Shown here piece by piece: positions 17,342-27,242 of a DNA stretch of 64,000 nt. Every line of letters starts with the position of its first letter. The first letter of the stretch is position 1. The stretch is from assembly GCA_039586795.1 (NCBI GenBank), contig JBDHJS010000002.1:64001-128000 (forward strand), given 5' to 3'. Below the pieces are notes generated by a model. It saw only the letters and a list, made by a program, of their open reading frames with translations, was not told the origin of the DNA and made no database searches. The translations under genes were made by a program, and so were the position numbers. The DNA comes from Gemmatimonadota bacterium. GTDB lineage: Bacteria; Gemmatimonadota; Gemmatimonadetes; Palauibacterales; KS3-K002.

Positions 17342-18256
17342 ATGAAAGAGCCAGCCACCGCCGGGAAGCTGCCGAGACAAGCTAAGTTCGTCGATCTCAG
17401 CGACTACGCCCGTCCGCTCGCCGCGTGGATCGCCCGGCGTCTGCGCGATACGAGGATCACCGCTCCCCATGTAACTCTGGTCTGGGTCGTGCTCGGATTG
17501 GGCGCCGCTGCGTGTTACGGCTTGGGTGGCTTCGGCCTGGCTCTAACCGGCGCGGTGCTCATGCAGGTGAAGAACATCCTTGATGCCGTGGATGGGTCCC
17601 TCGCCAGGCTCCAGGCCAGGCCATCGCGAATCGGGCGCTTCCTCGACTCGATCGGCGACGCGTTCATCGCGGCGGCCATCGCCGCGGCGCTCGGCGTGGC
17701 TGTCGCTCGTGGACGGCCGCTGGCGCTCGCTGTCTCGCTGGCCGTGGCGGCACTGGTGTTCGGACTGCTGCAGGGCTCCGTCTTCAACTACTACTACGTT
17801 TGCTACCGGGTGCGTCAGGGCGGCGATACGACCAGCCGGGTCAAAGAAGCGCTGACCGAGAGCGATGCGATGCACTACGACGGTCGACCGGGGGCGCTCG
17901 CGCTGCTACGCGTGCTGATCGCCGCGTACAACTGGATCTATGGCTGGCAGGATTTGGTCGTTCACCGCATCGACGAATGGGCTGTCCGACCGCTCACCTC
18001 AGAAGGCCGCGGCGAGGAAGCGGATGCGCTGCGGGACGATCGGCGATTCCTCACGGCCGTCAGTTTGCTTGGCCCGGGCGTCCAAATTCTACTGCTCAAT
18101 CTGCTTACCGTTGCGGGCTACTGGAACCTGGGGGCGATGCTGGAGCTGTTTCTCTGGATCGTAGCGGCCGGCGGCACGTCTTACGCCGCGGCCCTCATGC
18201 TGCTGCTCAGAATCAGAACTAAGCGCGCGGCCCGATTACCGGCCGCAACCGTTTGA
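17342..18256 (+). CDS. CDP-alcohol phosphatidyltransferase family protein
   Basis: DAVDGSLARLQARPSRIGRFLDSIGD matches DxxDGxxAR...GxxxDxxxD. Confidence 0.88.
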   Translation: MKEPATAGKLPRQAKFVDLSDYARPLAAWIARRLRDTRITAPHVTLVWVVLGLGAAACYGLGGFGLALTGAVLMQVKNILDAVDGSLARLQARPSRIGRFLDSIGDAFIAAAIAAALGVAVARGRPLALAVSLAVAALVFGLLQGSVFNYYYVCYRVRQGGDTTSRVKEALTESDAMHYDGRPGALALLRVLIAAYNWIYGWQDLVVHRIDEWAVRPLTSEGRGEEADALRDDRRFLTAVSLLGPGVQILLLNLLTVAGYWNLGAMLELFLWIVAAGGTSYAAALMLLLRIRTKRAARLPAATV

Positions 18257-18270
18257 GTTAGATTCCGCCC

Positions 18271-20415
18271 ATGCCAAATACAAATCTCGAGTCGCTGCGA
18301 TCGATTTTCGAGCCACGCTCAATCGCGGTAGTCGGCGCCAGCCGACGTCATCAGACCATAGGATACGTTATTCTCGACAGCCTGCTTCGCGACGGTTTCA
18401 CAGGTGCGGTCTACCCCGTGAACCCGAAGAGCGAAGTCGTGCATTCGATGCGGGCCTATCCTTCGATCGCCGAGGTACCGGAGAAGGTGGATCTCGCCGT
18501 GATCGTCGTGCCGAAGGAGCTGGTGCTGGCGGTAGCCGAGGAGTGCGGCGCGGCGGGTGTGAAGGGGCTGGTGGTCATTTCGGCGGGCTTCCGGGAGATC
18601 GGCGGCGAGGGTGTGGGGCGCGAGAAGGCGTTGACGGACGTCGCCCGCAAGTACGGGATGCGCTTGGTGGGACCCAACTGCATGGGCGTGCTGAACACCG
18701 ACCCGGCCATCGCGATGAACGCCACGTTTGCTCCCACGGCGCCGCCGACGGGGAACGTCGCGTTCCTCAGTCAGTCGGGCGCGATTGGTGTCACGATCCT
18801 CGACTACGCCCGGGAATACGGTATCGGCGTCAGCAAGTTCATCAGCCTGGGTAACAAGGCCGATATCTCCGGCAACGACGTCCTCGAGTACTTAAAAGAT
18901 GACGACAGTACTTCCGTCATCCTGATGTATCTGGAGAGCTTCGGTAACCCTCGGCATTTCACCCGCATCGCGCGAGAGGTGACGCAGGTGAAGCCGGTTG
19001 TCGCGGTCAAGGCCGCGCGCACTGTTGCCGGCGCCCGGGCGGCGAGCAGCCACACCGGTGCAATGGCCGGACTCGACGTGGCCACCGATGCCCTGTTCTC
19101 CCAGTGCGGCGTGATCCGCGTCGATACCGTCGAGGGTCTGTTCGACATGGGGATGGGTTTCGGCAATGCCGCTCTACCGAAGGGTAACCGGGTCGCCGTG
19201 GTTACGAACGCCGGCGGCCCCGGGATCATCATCGCCGATGCGATAGAGTCGCAAAATCTGCAGGTGGCGGAGTTCACCGATCACACGAAAGACCGGCTGC
19301 GGCAATCTCTGCCCGAGGAAGCCTCGATCAACAACCCGGTCGACATGATCGCCAGCGCCGACGCCGACAGCTACCGAGCCGTGCTGGAAGCGGTGCTCGA
19401 CGACCCCGGTGTCGACGGCGTGATCGCTTCCTTCGTACCACCGCTGGGCGTGCAGTCCGTCGACGTTGCCCGGGCGATCACCGACACGGCGGCGGGACGC
19501 GAGCAGCCCACGTTCGCAGTGCTCATGGGTCGACAGGGGCTGAGGGAGAGCCGGGCGTTGCTGAGCGCCGCCAGCGTGCCGGCGTACATCTTCCCCGAAT
19601 CGGCGGTGCGGGCCCTGACCGGCATGGACCGCTACCGACGCTGGTTGGAGCGCCCGGGCGGAATGGTTCATCGCTATGAGGATGTCGACCGGCGTGCGGT
19701 CCGGCAGATCCTGGAGGGGGCGGCACGCGAGGGCCGGTCACGTCTGTCGGAGGGAGACGCCCTATCGATCCTCGAAGCGTACGGAATTCCGACGGTTCCC
19801 TGGCGCGTGGCGGCGACGGCCGATGAGGCCATCGCCGCGGCAGAAGCCGTGGGCTTCCCAGTCGTGCTCAAGGTCATGGCACCGGAGGTCTCCCATAAGT
19901 CGGATGTTGGGGGCGTGATCGTCGGTCTCGATTCGGACCGCGAAGTCCGCGGTGCTTACTACGAGATGATGGATCGCCTGGAGAAGAACGGCGTGGTTGG
20001 TGATGCGATCGAGGGTGTGCTGGTTCAGAAGATGGTCACCGGCGGACGCGAGACGATCATCGGCACAGCGTTCGACCCAAGCTTCGGCCCGTTGATCATG
20101 TTCGGATTAGGCGGCATCTATGTAGAGGCGCTCGGCGATGTCGTGTTCCGCATCCACCCCGTAAGCGACATCGACGCGGCAGAGATGGTGCGTCAGCTCA
20201 AGGGCTTCAAGCTCCTTCAGGGCGTGCGGGGCGAGAAAGGAGTCGATCTGAACGCCATTCAAGAGGTCATACAACGCATCAGTCAGCTAGTCGGCGACTT
20301 CCCCCGGATCGCCGAGCTCGACATCAATCCGTTCGTCGCTTTCGAGCCCGGCACCAATTCGATGGCTCTCGATGCGCGCTTGCTGATCTCGGACGAACCG
20401 GAGTCCCGTCGATGA
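18271..20415 (+). CDS. Acetate--CoA ligase (ADP-forming) family, fused CoA-binding and ATP-grasp domains
   Basis: PRSIAVVGAS, GPNCMG, SQSGA, ASSHTGA, TNAGGPG, HKSDVGGV, FGLGGIYVE, ELDINP. Confidence 0.93.
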   Translation: MPNTNLESLRSIFEPRSIAVVGASRRHQTIGYVILDSLLRDGFTGAVYPVNPKSEVVHSMRAYPSIAEVPEKVDLAVIVVPKELVLAVAEECGAAGVKGLVVISAGFREIGGEGVGREKALTDVARKYGMRLVGPNCMGVLNTDPAIAMNATFAPTAPPTGNVAFLSQSGAIGVTILDYAREYGIGVSKFISLGNKADISGNDVLEYLKDDDSTSVILMYLESFGNPRHFTRIAREVTQVKPVVAVKAARTVAGARAASSHTGAMAGLDVATDALFSQCGVIRVDTVEGLFDMGMGFGNAALPKGNRVAVVTNAGGPGIIIADAIESQNLQVAEFTDHTKDRLRQSLPEEASINNPVDMIASADADSYRAVLEAVLDDPGVDGVIASFVPPLGVQSVDVARAITDTAAGREQPTFAVLMGRQGLRESRALLSAASVPAYIFPESAVRALTGMDRYRRWLERPGGMVHRYEDVDRRAVRQILEGAAREGRSRLSEGDALSILEAYGIPTVPWRVAATADEAIAAAEAVGFPVVLKVMAPEVSHKSDVGGVIVGLDSDREVRGAYYEMMDRLEKNGVVGDAIEGVLVQKMVTGGRETIIGTAFDPSFGPLIMFGLGGIYVEALGDVVFRIHPVSDIDAAEMVRQLKGFKLLQGVRGEKGVDLNAIQEVIQRISQLVGDFPRIAELDINPFVAFEPGTNSMALDARLLISDEPESRR

Positions 20416-21260
20416 GTTCGGACAGAGGGTTCTGCCCTAGGTGCGGAGCACCGGTTACCGAAAGCGACCGAATGTGTTTCGCGTGTGGGCAGGTGCTGGG
20501 CGGGCCAGAACAAGCCGCTCCTGGCTTCGACGGTTTGCCGTCACCGGATCCGAGGTTCGATCCGCCGCCGGCAGGCGTCATGGCACAGGCGCGACCGTTG
20601 CAGGACGATCCCAACCGTTTGTGGGACGTGGGGACGGAGCGTCCGCCGTGGGAGGAGCGCCGTCGCCATGGGTTCTTCGCCGCGCTGTGGCTCACTTGGC
20701 GCGACAGCGTCTTCAAACCCATTCCCTTCTTCCGAACGCTGCCGCCACGTAGTGGCCTCGGCCCTGCGATCGGGTACGCCCTGCTCATGTTCGCCCTGGC
20801 CCTGACGTTCAACATCTACTGGGACGTGTTGCGGACGGCGCTGTTGGGAGGCGGTGAGGAAGGGTTGGCGGTGACCATTCTGAGTGGCTTGATCGCTTTG
20901 TTCATCAACGTCTTGTTACTCGTAGTGTACCTCGTTCTGCTCTTCCTCTTTGTCGCGCTCCTCCACATCGGGTTGTTGATGACCGGGTCCGGGCGAATGG
21001 GCTACGAGGGGACGTTCCGCTCCGTCGCATACTCCTCCGGCCCGGCCGCGTTCGCCATCTTTCCGTTCTTCGGGTTGATACTGAGTCTCGTGTGGGGCAC
21101 GGTCATCGTGTTCATCGCCGTACGGGAAGTACAGCGCACCACGAACGGGCGCGTCGCTATCGCGTTTCTGGTGCCGCTCGTCGCCTCGATCGTCTTTTTC
21201 TTCATCATCGGCATCCTCGCCATGATCATGCTCGATACGGCGGACCTGATGACGATCTAG
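20412..21260 (+). CDS. Zinc-ribbon plus YIP1-family membrane protein
   Basis: CPRCG...CFACG, PPWEER, several TM segments, TFRSVAYS. Confidence 0.7.
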   Translation: MSSDRGFCPRCGAPVTESDRMCFACGQVLGGPEQAAPGFDGLPSPDPRFDPPPAGVMAQARPLQDDPNRLWDVGTERPPWEERRRHGFFAALWLTWRDSVFKPIPFFRTLPPRSGLGPAIGYALLMFALALTFNIYWDVLRTALLGGGEEGLAVTILSGLIALFINVLLLVVYLVLLFLFVALLHIGLLMTGSGRMGYEGTFRSVAYSSGPAAFAIFPFFGLILSLVWGTVIVFIAVREVQRTTNGRVAIAFLVPLVASIVFFFIIGILAMIMLDTADLMTI

Positions 21261-21362
21261 CCTCCCTTCGCCCACGCCTCTGTGGGGAACCTCTCGAAAA
21301 ACAAGTCTGTTACAGGAACGTGGAAGTGCAGTGCAGCCCGCGGGATGGGGGAGCCTAACTGT

Positions 21363-21743
21363 ATGCGCAGCAAAACGTTCGGAGTGTCGGCCCTTCTGGC
21401 CGTTGTGGCGGCCTCCGCCGTCTTGACCCGAGAGATCTCCGGAACGCAGGACCGACTTTCCTCTGCGTCCGTGATCGACATCGAGATCAAGACATTCCAA
21501 TTCAACGAGGACACGATTCGGGTGCAGCCGGGCACGTCTGTCCGCTGGACCAACCGTGACCAGGTCGGTCATACGAGCACAGCGGAGAACGGCGAGTGGG
21601 AATCGCCGCTGCTGGGACCGGGCGAGTCGTTCGAGTTTCTCTTCGAGGAAGAGGGCGAATTCCCGTATACCTGCACGCCACACCCATTCATGCGTGGAAT
21701 GATCATCGTTGCGTCCGATGCGGATGCGCGAGAGCGCTCATGA
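21363..21743 (+). CDS. Secreted cupredoxin (amicyanin/plastocyanin-like)
   Basis: Signal peptide; VRWTNRD..GHTST...YTCTPHPFMRG (His, Cys, His, Met type-1 copper ligands). Confidence 0.88.
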   Translation: MRSKTFGVSALLAVVAASAVLTREISGTQDRLSSASVIDIEIKTFQFNEDTIRVQPGTSVRWTNRDQVGHTSTAENGEWESPLLGPGESFEFLFEEEGEFPYTCTPHPFMRGMIIVASDADARERS

Positions 21744-21789
21744 GGCGTCTGTCGAAGTGTACATACATGACCTGCATCAAGGAGGGAGT

Positions 21790-22794
21790 ATGAAGAAGCC
21801 GAGGTTTGCGTTCGCGTCGACCGTTGCCGTCCTCGCCGTCGGCGCGCTGGCGTGGTCCGCCTGCTCCGACTCGACGGAGCCGAATGGGAACGGCAATGGC
21901 AACGGCAACGTCGGTCCCCCGGCCAACGTCGCTATCGCCTCCGGTGATAACCAGCGCGTGATGATTCAGATCGCATTCTTCGATGCGCTCGTCGTGCTGG
22001 TGACCGACGCCGATGGTGACGCCGTATCCGGTGCGACAGTAGACTGGGCCATCACCCAGGGCGGTGGCTCGCTGTCCGCGGCCAGTTCGACGACGAACGC
22101 CAACGGGCGGGCGAGCGTGACGCTCACGGCCGGCATGGACGAAGAGACCATCCAGGTCACGGCCAGCGTGGACGGAGTGGCCAGCGCCCCGGTCTTCAGC
22201 GAAGTGGCCGTGGAGCCGAGCTCGATAGCGGCGACCGACGGCGACAACCAGATGGCCCGGATCGATCAGCCGCTGGCGAACCCGCTTGAAGTCACGGTGC
22301 GGGCCAGTGACAACGGTCCGGTGCCCGGCGCCACGGTGGACTGGCAGGTGACGGCAAACGACGGGACGCTGTCCACGGCTAGCTCTACAACGGACGCGAA
22401 CGGCGAGGCGACGACGATGCTGACCCTCGGTTCGACCCTGGGCGGGAACACCGTTCAGGCGTCGGCTGGTACGGGAATCGATACGAACCTGAACGCCAAC
22501 GGTACGCAGCCCGTTTCGGTCACGGTGGACATGCAGAACATCGCGTTCAACGCGCCGGGGGGCGGGGACGATGTGACGATCATGCTCGGCGATACCGTGA
22601 CCTGGAACAACCTGGATGCGGTGAACCACACGGCCACGTCGAACAGCGTGCCCACGGGCGGCAGCGGCTTCGACAGCGGTACGATGGGGAACGGCGCTAC
22701 GTTCTCGTTCGTGCCTAACACCCGGGGCGAGTGGATCTACTTATGCGAGTTCCATCCGGTTGCCATGGCGGACGCCCGCATCGTCGTGCAGTGA
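21790..22794 (+). CDS. Lipoprotein with two Ig-like (Big_1-like) repeats and a C-terminal cupredoxin domain
   Basis: Lipobox WSAC, GN linker, repeated GDNQ...GATVDW..T...GxLS.ASSTT.ANG.A, then WNNLDAVNHTAT...YLCEFHPVAM. Confidence 0.8.
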   Translation: MKKPRFAFASTVAVLAVGALAWSACSDSTEPNGNGNGNGNVGPPANVAIASGDNQRVMIQIAFFDALVVLVTDADGDAVSGATVDWAITQGGGSLSAASSTTNANGRASVTLTAGMDEETIQVTASVDGVASAPVFSEVAVEPSSIAATDGDNQMARIDQPLANPLEVTVRASDNGPVPGATVDWQVTANDGTLSTASSTTDANGEATTMLTLGSTLGGNTVQASAGTGIDTNLNANGTQPVSVTVDMQNIAFNAPGGGDDVTIMLGDTVTWNNLDAVNHTATSNSVPTGGSGFDSGTMGNGATFSFVPNTRGEWIYLCEFHPVAMADARIVVQ

Positions 22795-22822
22795 ATCGGG
22801 ACCTCTGAGGGCCATCCCGGCG

Positions 22823-22893
22823 TTTTCCACATATATATAGGAGAGTGGAAAAGGCTGAACCCCGGTTTTCCACGCACCCGTGGAAAACCGGGG
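22823..22893. promoter_or_regulatory. Two nested inverted pairs of TTTTCCAC/GTGGAAAA upstream of ku
   Basis: TTTTCCACA (22823)...GTGGAAAA (22845); perfect 15-bp stem CCCCGGTTTTCCACG-cacc-CGTGGAAAACCGGGG (22860-22893). Confidence 0.5.
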
Positions 22894-22966
22894 TGGACCC
22901 CGACCGCCGACCGCTACATCTTGTAATCCCTCACAGCCCAACGACTTCTCGACGGAGGCCTCAACC

Positions 22967-23761
22967 ATGGGCACCATCTGGAAAGGCGCTATCAGCTTCG
23001 GCTTGGTGAATATCCCCGTGCGTGTGGAAAGCGCTACACGGGATACGGGGCCCAAGTTCAAGATGCTCCACGGCAAGGACAACACGCCGGTCAAGATGCT
23101 CCGCATTCGGCAGACGGACGAGGAGCCGGTGGAGTTCAAGGAGCTGGTGAAGGGCTATGAATACGAGCCGGGCCATTACGTGATTCTCGACGAGGACGAC
23201 TTCAAGCAGGTCGCCCTCGCGGTCACGCGGACCATCGACATCATGGACTTCGTCGATGAGTCGGAGATCGATTCCCGCTACTTCGAGAAGCCGTACTACC
23301 TTGCGGTCCAGCCGGGCGGCGAGAAGCCCTATGCGCTGCTGCGCAAAGCGATGCGCGATACCGGCAAAGTCGCGGTGGCCAAGACCGTGTTCCGCAATCG
23401 CGAGCACCTTGCGGCGGTGAAGGTCGTGGGCGACGCGCTGGTCCTCGACATCATGCGGTTCCACGACGAGTTGATTCCATTGGAGGCGGTGCAGACGCCC
23501 AAGGAAGCAGAGTTGAGCGACAAAGAGATCGACATGGCGCATCAGCTCATCGAGCAACTGACTTCCGGGTTCGACCCCGAGACCTATCGTGACGAGTACA
23601 ACGACAAGTTGATGGAGCGAATTCAGGCGAAGATCGACGGCCGGGAAATCGCCCGGATCGAAGTCGACGAGGCCGTCGAGACCGAGGTCGTCGATCTCGT
23701 AGCCCGTCTCAAAGAGAGCCTCGAGCGGGCCGAAGAGGACCGGAAAGCCGCAGAAGGCTAA
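22967..23761 (+). CDS. ku: Non-homologous end joining protein Ku
   Basis: IWKGAISFGLVNIPV, ELVKGYEY, YFEKPYYL, YALLRKAM, YRDEY, VVDLVARLKES. Confidence 0.97.
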   Translation: MGTIWKGAISFGLVNIPVRVESATRDTGPKFKMLHGKDNTPVKMLRIRQTDEEPVEFKELVKGYEYEPGHYVILDEDDFKQVALAVTRTIDIMDFVDESEIDSRYFEKPYYLAVQPGGEKPYALLRKAMRDTGKVAVAKTVFRNREHLAAVKVVGDALVLDIMRFHDELIPLEAVQTPKEAELSDKEIDMAHQLIEQLTSGFDPETYRDEYNDKLMERIQAKIDGREIARIEVDEAVETEVVDLVARLKESLERAEEDRKAAEG

Positions 23762-23799
23762 CAGCAACTTTTTGTCGCCAACTACGTGCCCCTCAAATG

Positions 23800-23879
23800 G
23801 TGCTCTTGCTCGTGCTCGCTTATCGTGCTCGTGATCGCAATCGATACGAGCAGGAGCACGATAACGAGCACGAGCCGGA
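23800..23879. repeat. Palindromic 6-nt-period repeat (CTCGTG)n/(CACGAG)n (family B)
   Basis: GCTCGTGCTCG..TTATCGTGCTCGTG...GAGCACGATAACGAGCACGAGC between ku and ligD. Confidence 0.75.
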
Positions 23880-26453
23880 GTGAGCGTGGCGGAGCTCGGG
23901 AAATACAAAGAGAAACGGGATTTCAGTAAGACCTCCGAACCGGAAGGGGGGGAGGGAAGTCCTCGTTCCGGTCGCAGCTTCGTCGTGCAGAAGCACGCGG
24001 CGCGCCGCACCCACTTCGATCTTCGTCTCGAGATCGGCGGCGCCCTCGTCAGCTGGGCCGTACCCAAGGGCCCTTCCGCCGACCCCGCCACCAAGCGCCT
24101 TGCCGTCCACGTCGAAGACCATCCCCTGGAATACGGCGGCTTCGAAGGCCTGATCCCCAAAGGCGAGTACGGCGCCGGCGCCGTGATCATCTGGGACCGC
24201 GGGCACTTCGAGCCCACGGGCGATACAGAGGATTCTGAGGAAGCCCTCATCCACGGGGTCGAGATCGGCAAACTCGACTTCAATCTCTTCGGCGAACGGT
24301 TGCATGGACGATGGTCGCTGGTCCGCATGAGGGGGACGGAGGGCGAAAACAACTGGCTGCTACTCAAAAAGAAGGACGTTCACGCAGAACCCGGTGAACC
24401 CGAAGGCCTGGTCGAACGGTATCTGGATTCTGTCGTCAGCGGGCGCGCCCTCGATGACCCGTCGTTGGGCGAAGAATCTCCGGATGTACATCCAGGGGCC
24501 CCTCCACCGGTGGATAATCGCCCCATGCTCGCGCAGGCGGGCGAAACCCTCCCCCAGGGTGAGGCCTGGTGCTTCGAGCTCAAGCTGGACGGAATTCGCG
24601 CCATCGGTTGGGCGCAAAGCTCGGGCGATGTGCAAGTCTACTCGCGCCGCGGGGGAGCCCTGGAGGACAAGTTTCCCGAGATCGCCGAAGCGCTGGAGCT
24701 CCTTACCCGGCGTACCGGCCGGCAGTTCGTGATCGACGGCGAGATCGTAGCCGCGGCCCCCGAGGGGACGCCCAGCTTCGCGGACCTGCAGCCACGTTTC
24801 AACCTGCGGGGTACCGCCGATATCGCTCGCGAAACTCGTGCGCGCCCGGCGGAGATGCACGTCTTCGATTGCCTGTGGCTCGACGGCGAAGACCTGCGAG
24901 ACCGACCGCTATCGGAGCGCAAGGAACAGCTCCGGCAGTTGATGAAAGAGGCCAGCCACCGACTCCACTACGTCGGGCACGACGTAGCCGACGGTAGCGC
25001 GATGAAGGAACGAGCGCGTCGCGAAGGTTGGGAGGGTTTGGTCGCTAAGCGGTTGAAGAGTCGTTATCGCTCGGGAGAGCGCAGTCAGGATTGGCTCAAG
25101 GTGAAGGAGCTACGGCGCCAGGAGTTCGTCGTCGGGGGTTGGACGGATCCGCAGGGCGGCCGCCAGGGTTTCGGCGCTCTGGTGGTCGGCTACTACGACG
25201 GCGACGAGTTGCGCTGCGCTGGCCGGGTGGGCAGCGGGTTCAGCAGCCACGAGCTTCAAAAGATCTCGTCGCAGCTAGCCGAGCTGGCGGAGGATGACCC
25301 GCCGTTCGTCGATATCCCGGAGATCGTCAACGACGCGCATTGGGTGCGGCCGGAGCTAGTCGCCGAGGTTAAGTTCCTGGAATGGACCCGGGAAGGCCAG
25401 CTGCGGCAGCCCGTCTTCCTTGGACTCAGAACGGATAAGGACCCGAAGTTGATCGGGCGCGAGCCCGGTGTGGGAGAATTTGTTAAGGGTCCCGAGGTCG
25501 CTTTGAGCACGGAGTTGGAGACGCTCATCCGGGTGCTCGATGGACTCGAGAAGTCCGGCGAGGACGGCGACGTTGCTGTCGACGATCAGCGTCTGAAGGT
25601 GACCAACCTCAGCAAGATCTTCTGGCCGGACATCGGAGCGACCAAAGGCGACCTGCTCCGTTACTACGTTTCCGTGGCACCCGCCATCCTTCCGGTCGTC
25701 GTCGATCGGCCTCAGACGCTCGAGCGATATCCCAACGGTATCACCGCCGACATGTTCTACCAGCAGCGCATGCCCGGACCGATCCCAGATGCGGTTCGAA
25801 CCGTTACGCTCGATGTCGACGGCGAACCGGCGGAGCGCGTGGTCGGCGGCGATCTCTACACGCTGCTCTACACGGCTCAGCTGGCGGCCATCTCGCAACA
25901 CGTCTGGCCCTCGCGGCTCGGTTCGCTCGAGGACATGGACTACTCGATGCTCGATCTCGATCCCGGCGAAGGGGTTCCCTTCACCGCCGTTCGTAAAACG
26001 GCGCTCGCTGTGCATGAACAGCTGCAACGGCTCGGCCTCCGAGGTTATCCGAAGACGTCCGGCGCCAGCGGAATCCACATCGTCATTCCGTTGCAGGCGG
26101 GGACGAGCTACGAAACGGGCCGGCTGCTTGCCGAGTTGGTGGCGAACCTGGTGGCGAAGGCGCGTCCCGACCTGGCCACCGTGCAACGAGTTGTTTCAAA
26201 ACGTGGCGCACGGGTCTACGTGGACTTCCTGCAGAACCGTCGCGGCGCGACCGTGGCGTCGGCCTACTCGGTTCGGCCGCGACCTGGCGCGACAGTTTCC
26301 GCTCCACTCGCGTGGCACGAACTTCACGAAGAACTTCAACCGGAAGACTTTAGCGTGCGATCGATGAGCGATCGATTGAGTGACGTGGGAGACCTTTGGG
26401 CCGCGTGTCGCGCCGATGCGAACGACGTGCGCGAAGTTTTGGAGCTTCTTTGA
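23880..26453 (+). CDS. ligD: DNA ligase D (phosphoesterase, ligase and polymerase domains)
   Basis: FVVQKHAARRTHFDLRLE, WAVPKGPS, ELKLDGIR, EGLVAKR, DWLKVK, TKGDLLRYY, KTSGASGIH, YSVRPRPGATVSAPL. Confidence 0.97.
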   Translation: MSVAELGKYKEKRDFSKTSEPEGGEGSPRSGRSFVVQKHAARRTHFDLRLEIGGALVSWAVPKGPSADPATKRLAVHVEDHPLEYGGFEGLIPKGEYGAGAVIIWDRGHFEPTGDTEDSEEALIHGVEIGKLDFNLFGERLHGRWSLVRMRGTEGENNWLLLKKKDVHAEPGEPEGLVERYLDSVVSGRALDDPSLGEESPDVHPGAPPPVDNRPMLAQAGETLPQGEAWCFELKLDGIRAIGWAQSSGDVQVYSRRGGALEDKFPEIAEALELLTRRTGRQFVIDGEIVAAAPEGTPSFADLQPRFNLRGTADIARETRARPAEMHVFDCLWLDGEDLRDRPLSERKEQLRQLMKEASHRLHYVGHDVADGSAMKERARREGWEGLVAKRLKSRYRSGERSQDWLKVKELRRQEFVVGGWTDPQGGRQGFGALVVGYYDGDELRCAGRVGSGFSSHELQKISSQLAELAEDDPPFVDIPEIVNDAHWVRPELVAEVKFLEWTREGQLRQPVFLGLRTDKDPKLIGREPGVGEFVKGPEVALSTELETLIRVLDGLEKSGEDGDVAVDDQRLKVTNLSKIFWPDIGATKGDLLRYYVSVAPAILPVVVDRPQTLERYPNGITADMFYQQRMPGPIPDAVRTVTLDVDGEPAERVVGGDLYTLLYTAQLAAISQHVWPSRLGSLEDMDYSMLDLDPGEGVPFTAVRKTALAVHEQLQRLGLRGYPKTSGASGIHIVIPLQAGTSYETGRLLAELVANLVAKARPDLATVQRVVSKRGARVYVDFLQNRRGATVASAYSVRPRPGATVSAPLAWHELHEELQPEDFSVRSMSDRLSDVGDLWAACRADANDVREVLELL

Positions 26454-26692
26454 TGGGATTCGCCGCATCGCATCAATTCACTCGGAATTGAACCGAGGTA
26501 AGCGCGCGCTTCTCGCATTCTCGTTCGTCTATGTTACGCAGAAAATGCATTTGCGTGACAGCTTCAAGCAGTTTCTAGATTCAGAAGTTTGCGCAAAATC
26601 CGCGGCGCTCTCCACTTTGTCCCATCGATGCAACGCCTTGATATGCAGCAAGTTATGAGATCGACGCCGAACGCTCGTTCGGTGAATCAAGC

Positions 26693-26721
26693 TTGCGTGC
26701 GCCTTTTTGCTCGTGTATAAT
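26693..26721 (+). promoter_or_regulatory. Putative sigma70 promoter with a long leader
   Basis: TTGCGT-N17-TATAAT about 140 nt upstream of ORF 26865. Confidence 0.6.
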
Positions 26722-26864
26722 GGCTCCGCTTCGATAAGCACGTAGCTGCTCACGAGATTTCATTCAGGGTCATCTACGGGGCAGCCCTTTCCGATAAATT
26801 TGGGAAACCCGCCGCCGCAAGGCAGTGGTATACGTACGCCCACGAACCTGAAGGACGACAAAGG

Positions 26865-27092
26865 ATGCCCGAAACGCGTTCAGTCAACCTCGTCGTCAAC
26901 TTGCCAGTCGATCTGGCCGACGAAGTCGAGCGTGTGCAACAGGACGACCCGGAATTTTTCGAAAAGGTACTTGCGTATGGTCTAGTCCGGCGAGCTGTGT
27001 TCGCTCGCCTGCAGGGCGTGACTGCCCTGCACAGGCCGTCTACGTCATCTTGGGAGTCGACTTTCGAAGAGTCGTCTGTCGATTTGATGTAG
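26865..27092 (+). CDS. Small hypothetical protein (75 aa), possibly ribbon-helix-helix-like
   Basis: AAAGGA directly before ATG; alternating VNLVVNLP strand followed by amphipathic helices. Confidence 0.55.
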   Translation: MPETRSVNLVVNLPVDLADEVERVQQDDPEFFEKVLAYGLVRRAVFARLQGVTALHRPSTSSWESTFEESSVDLM

Positions 27093-27242
27093 ACGGTCGC
27101 CCTCCCCCTCGCCGAACGTAGTTCGCTACGCTTGTTCCCCCGCCAACGAGCAGCGATTCTTGACCCGCCGACGTCCGGCTTGTAGCATGGGCGCAAGTGG
27201 TCGTCTGTTTTCTGTGGCCGCTCTTGTGGGAGGAGGGGTGGA

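Noticed and set aside
22961..24367. 468-aa antisense ORF over ku/ligD, and similar long shadow ORFs (e.g. 48058-49254, 54724-56466, 47018-47908)
   Set aside because: They overlap well-supported genes, show no motifs, and are expected in GC-rich DNA.
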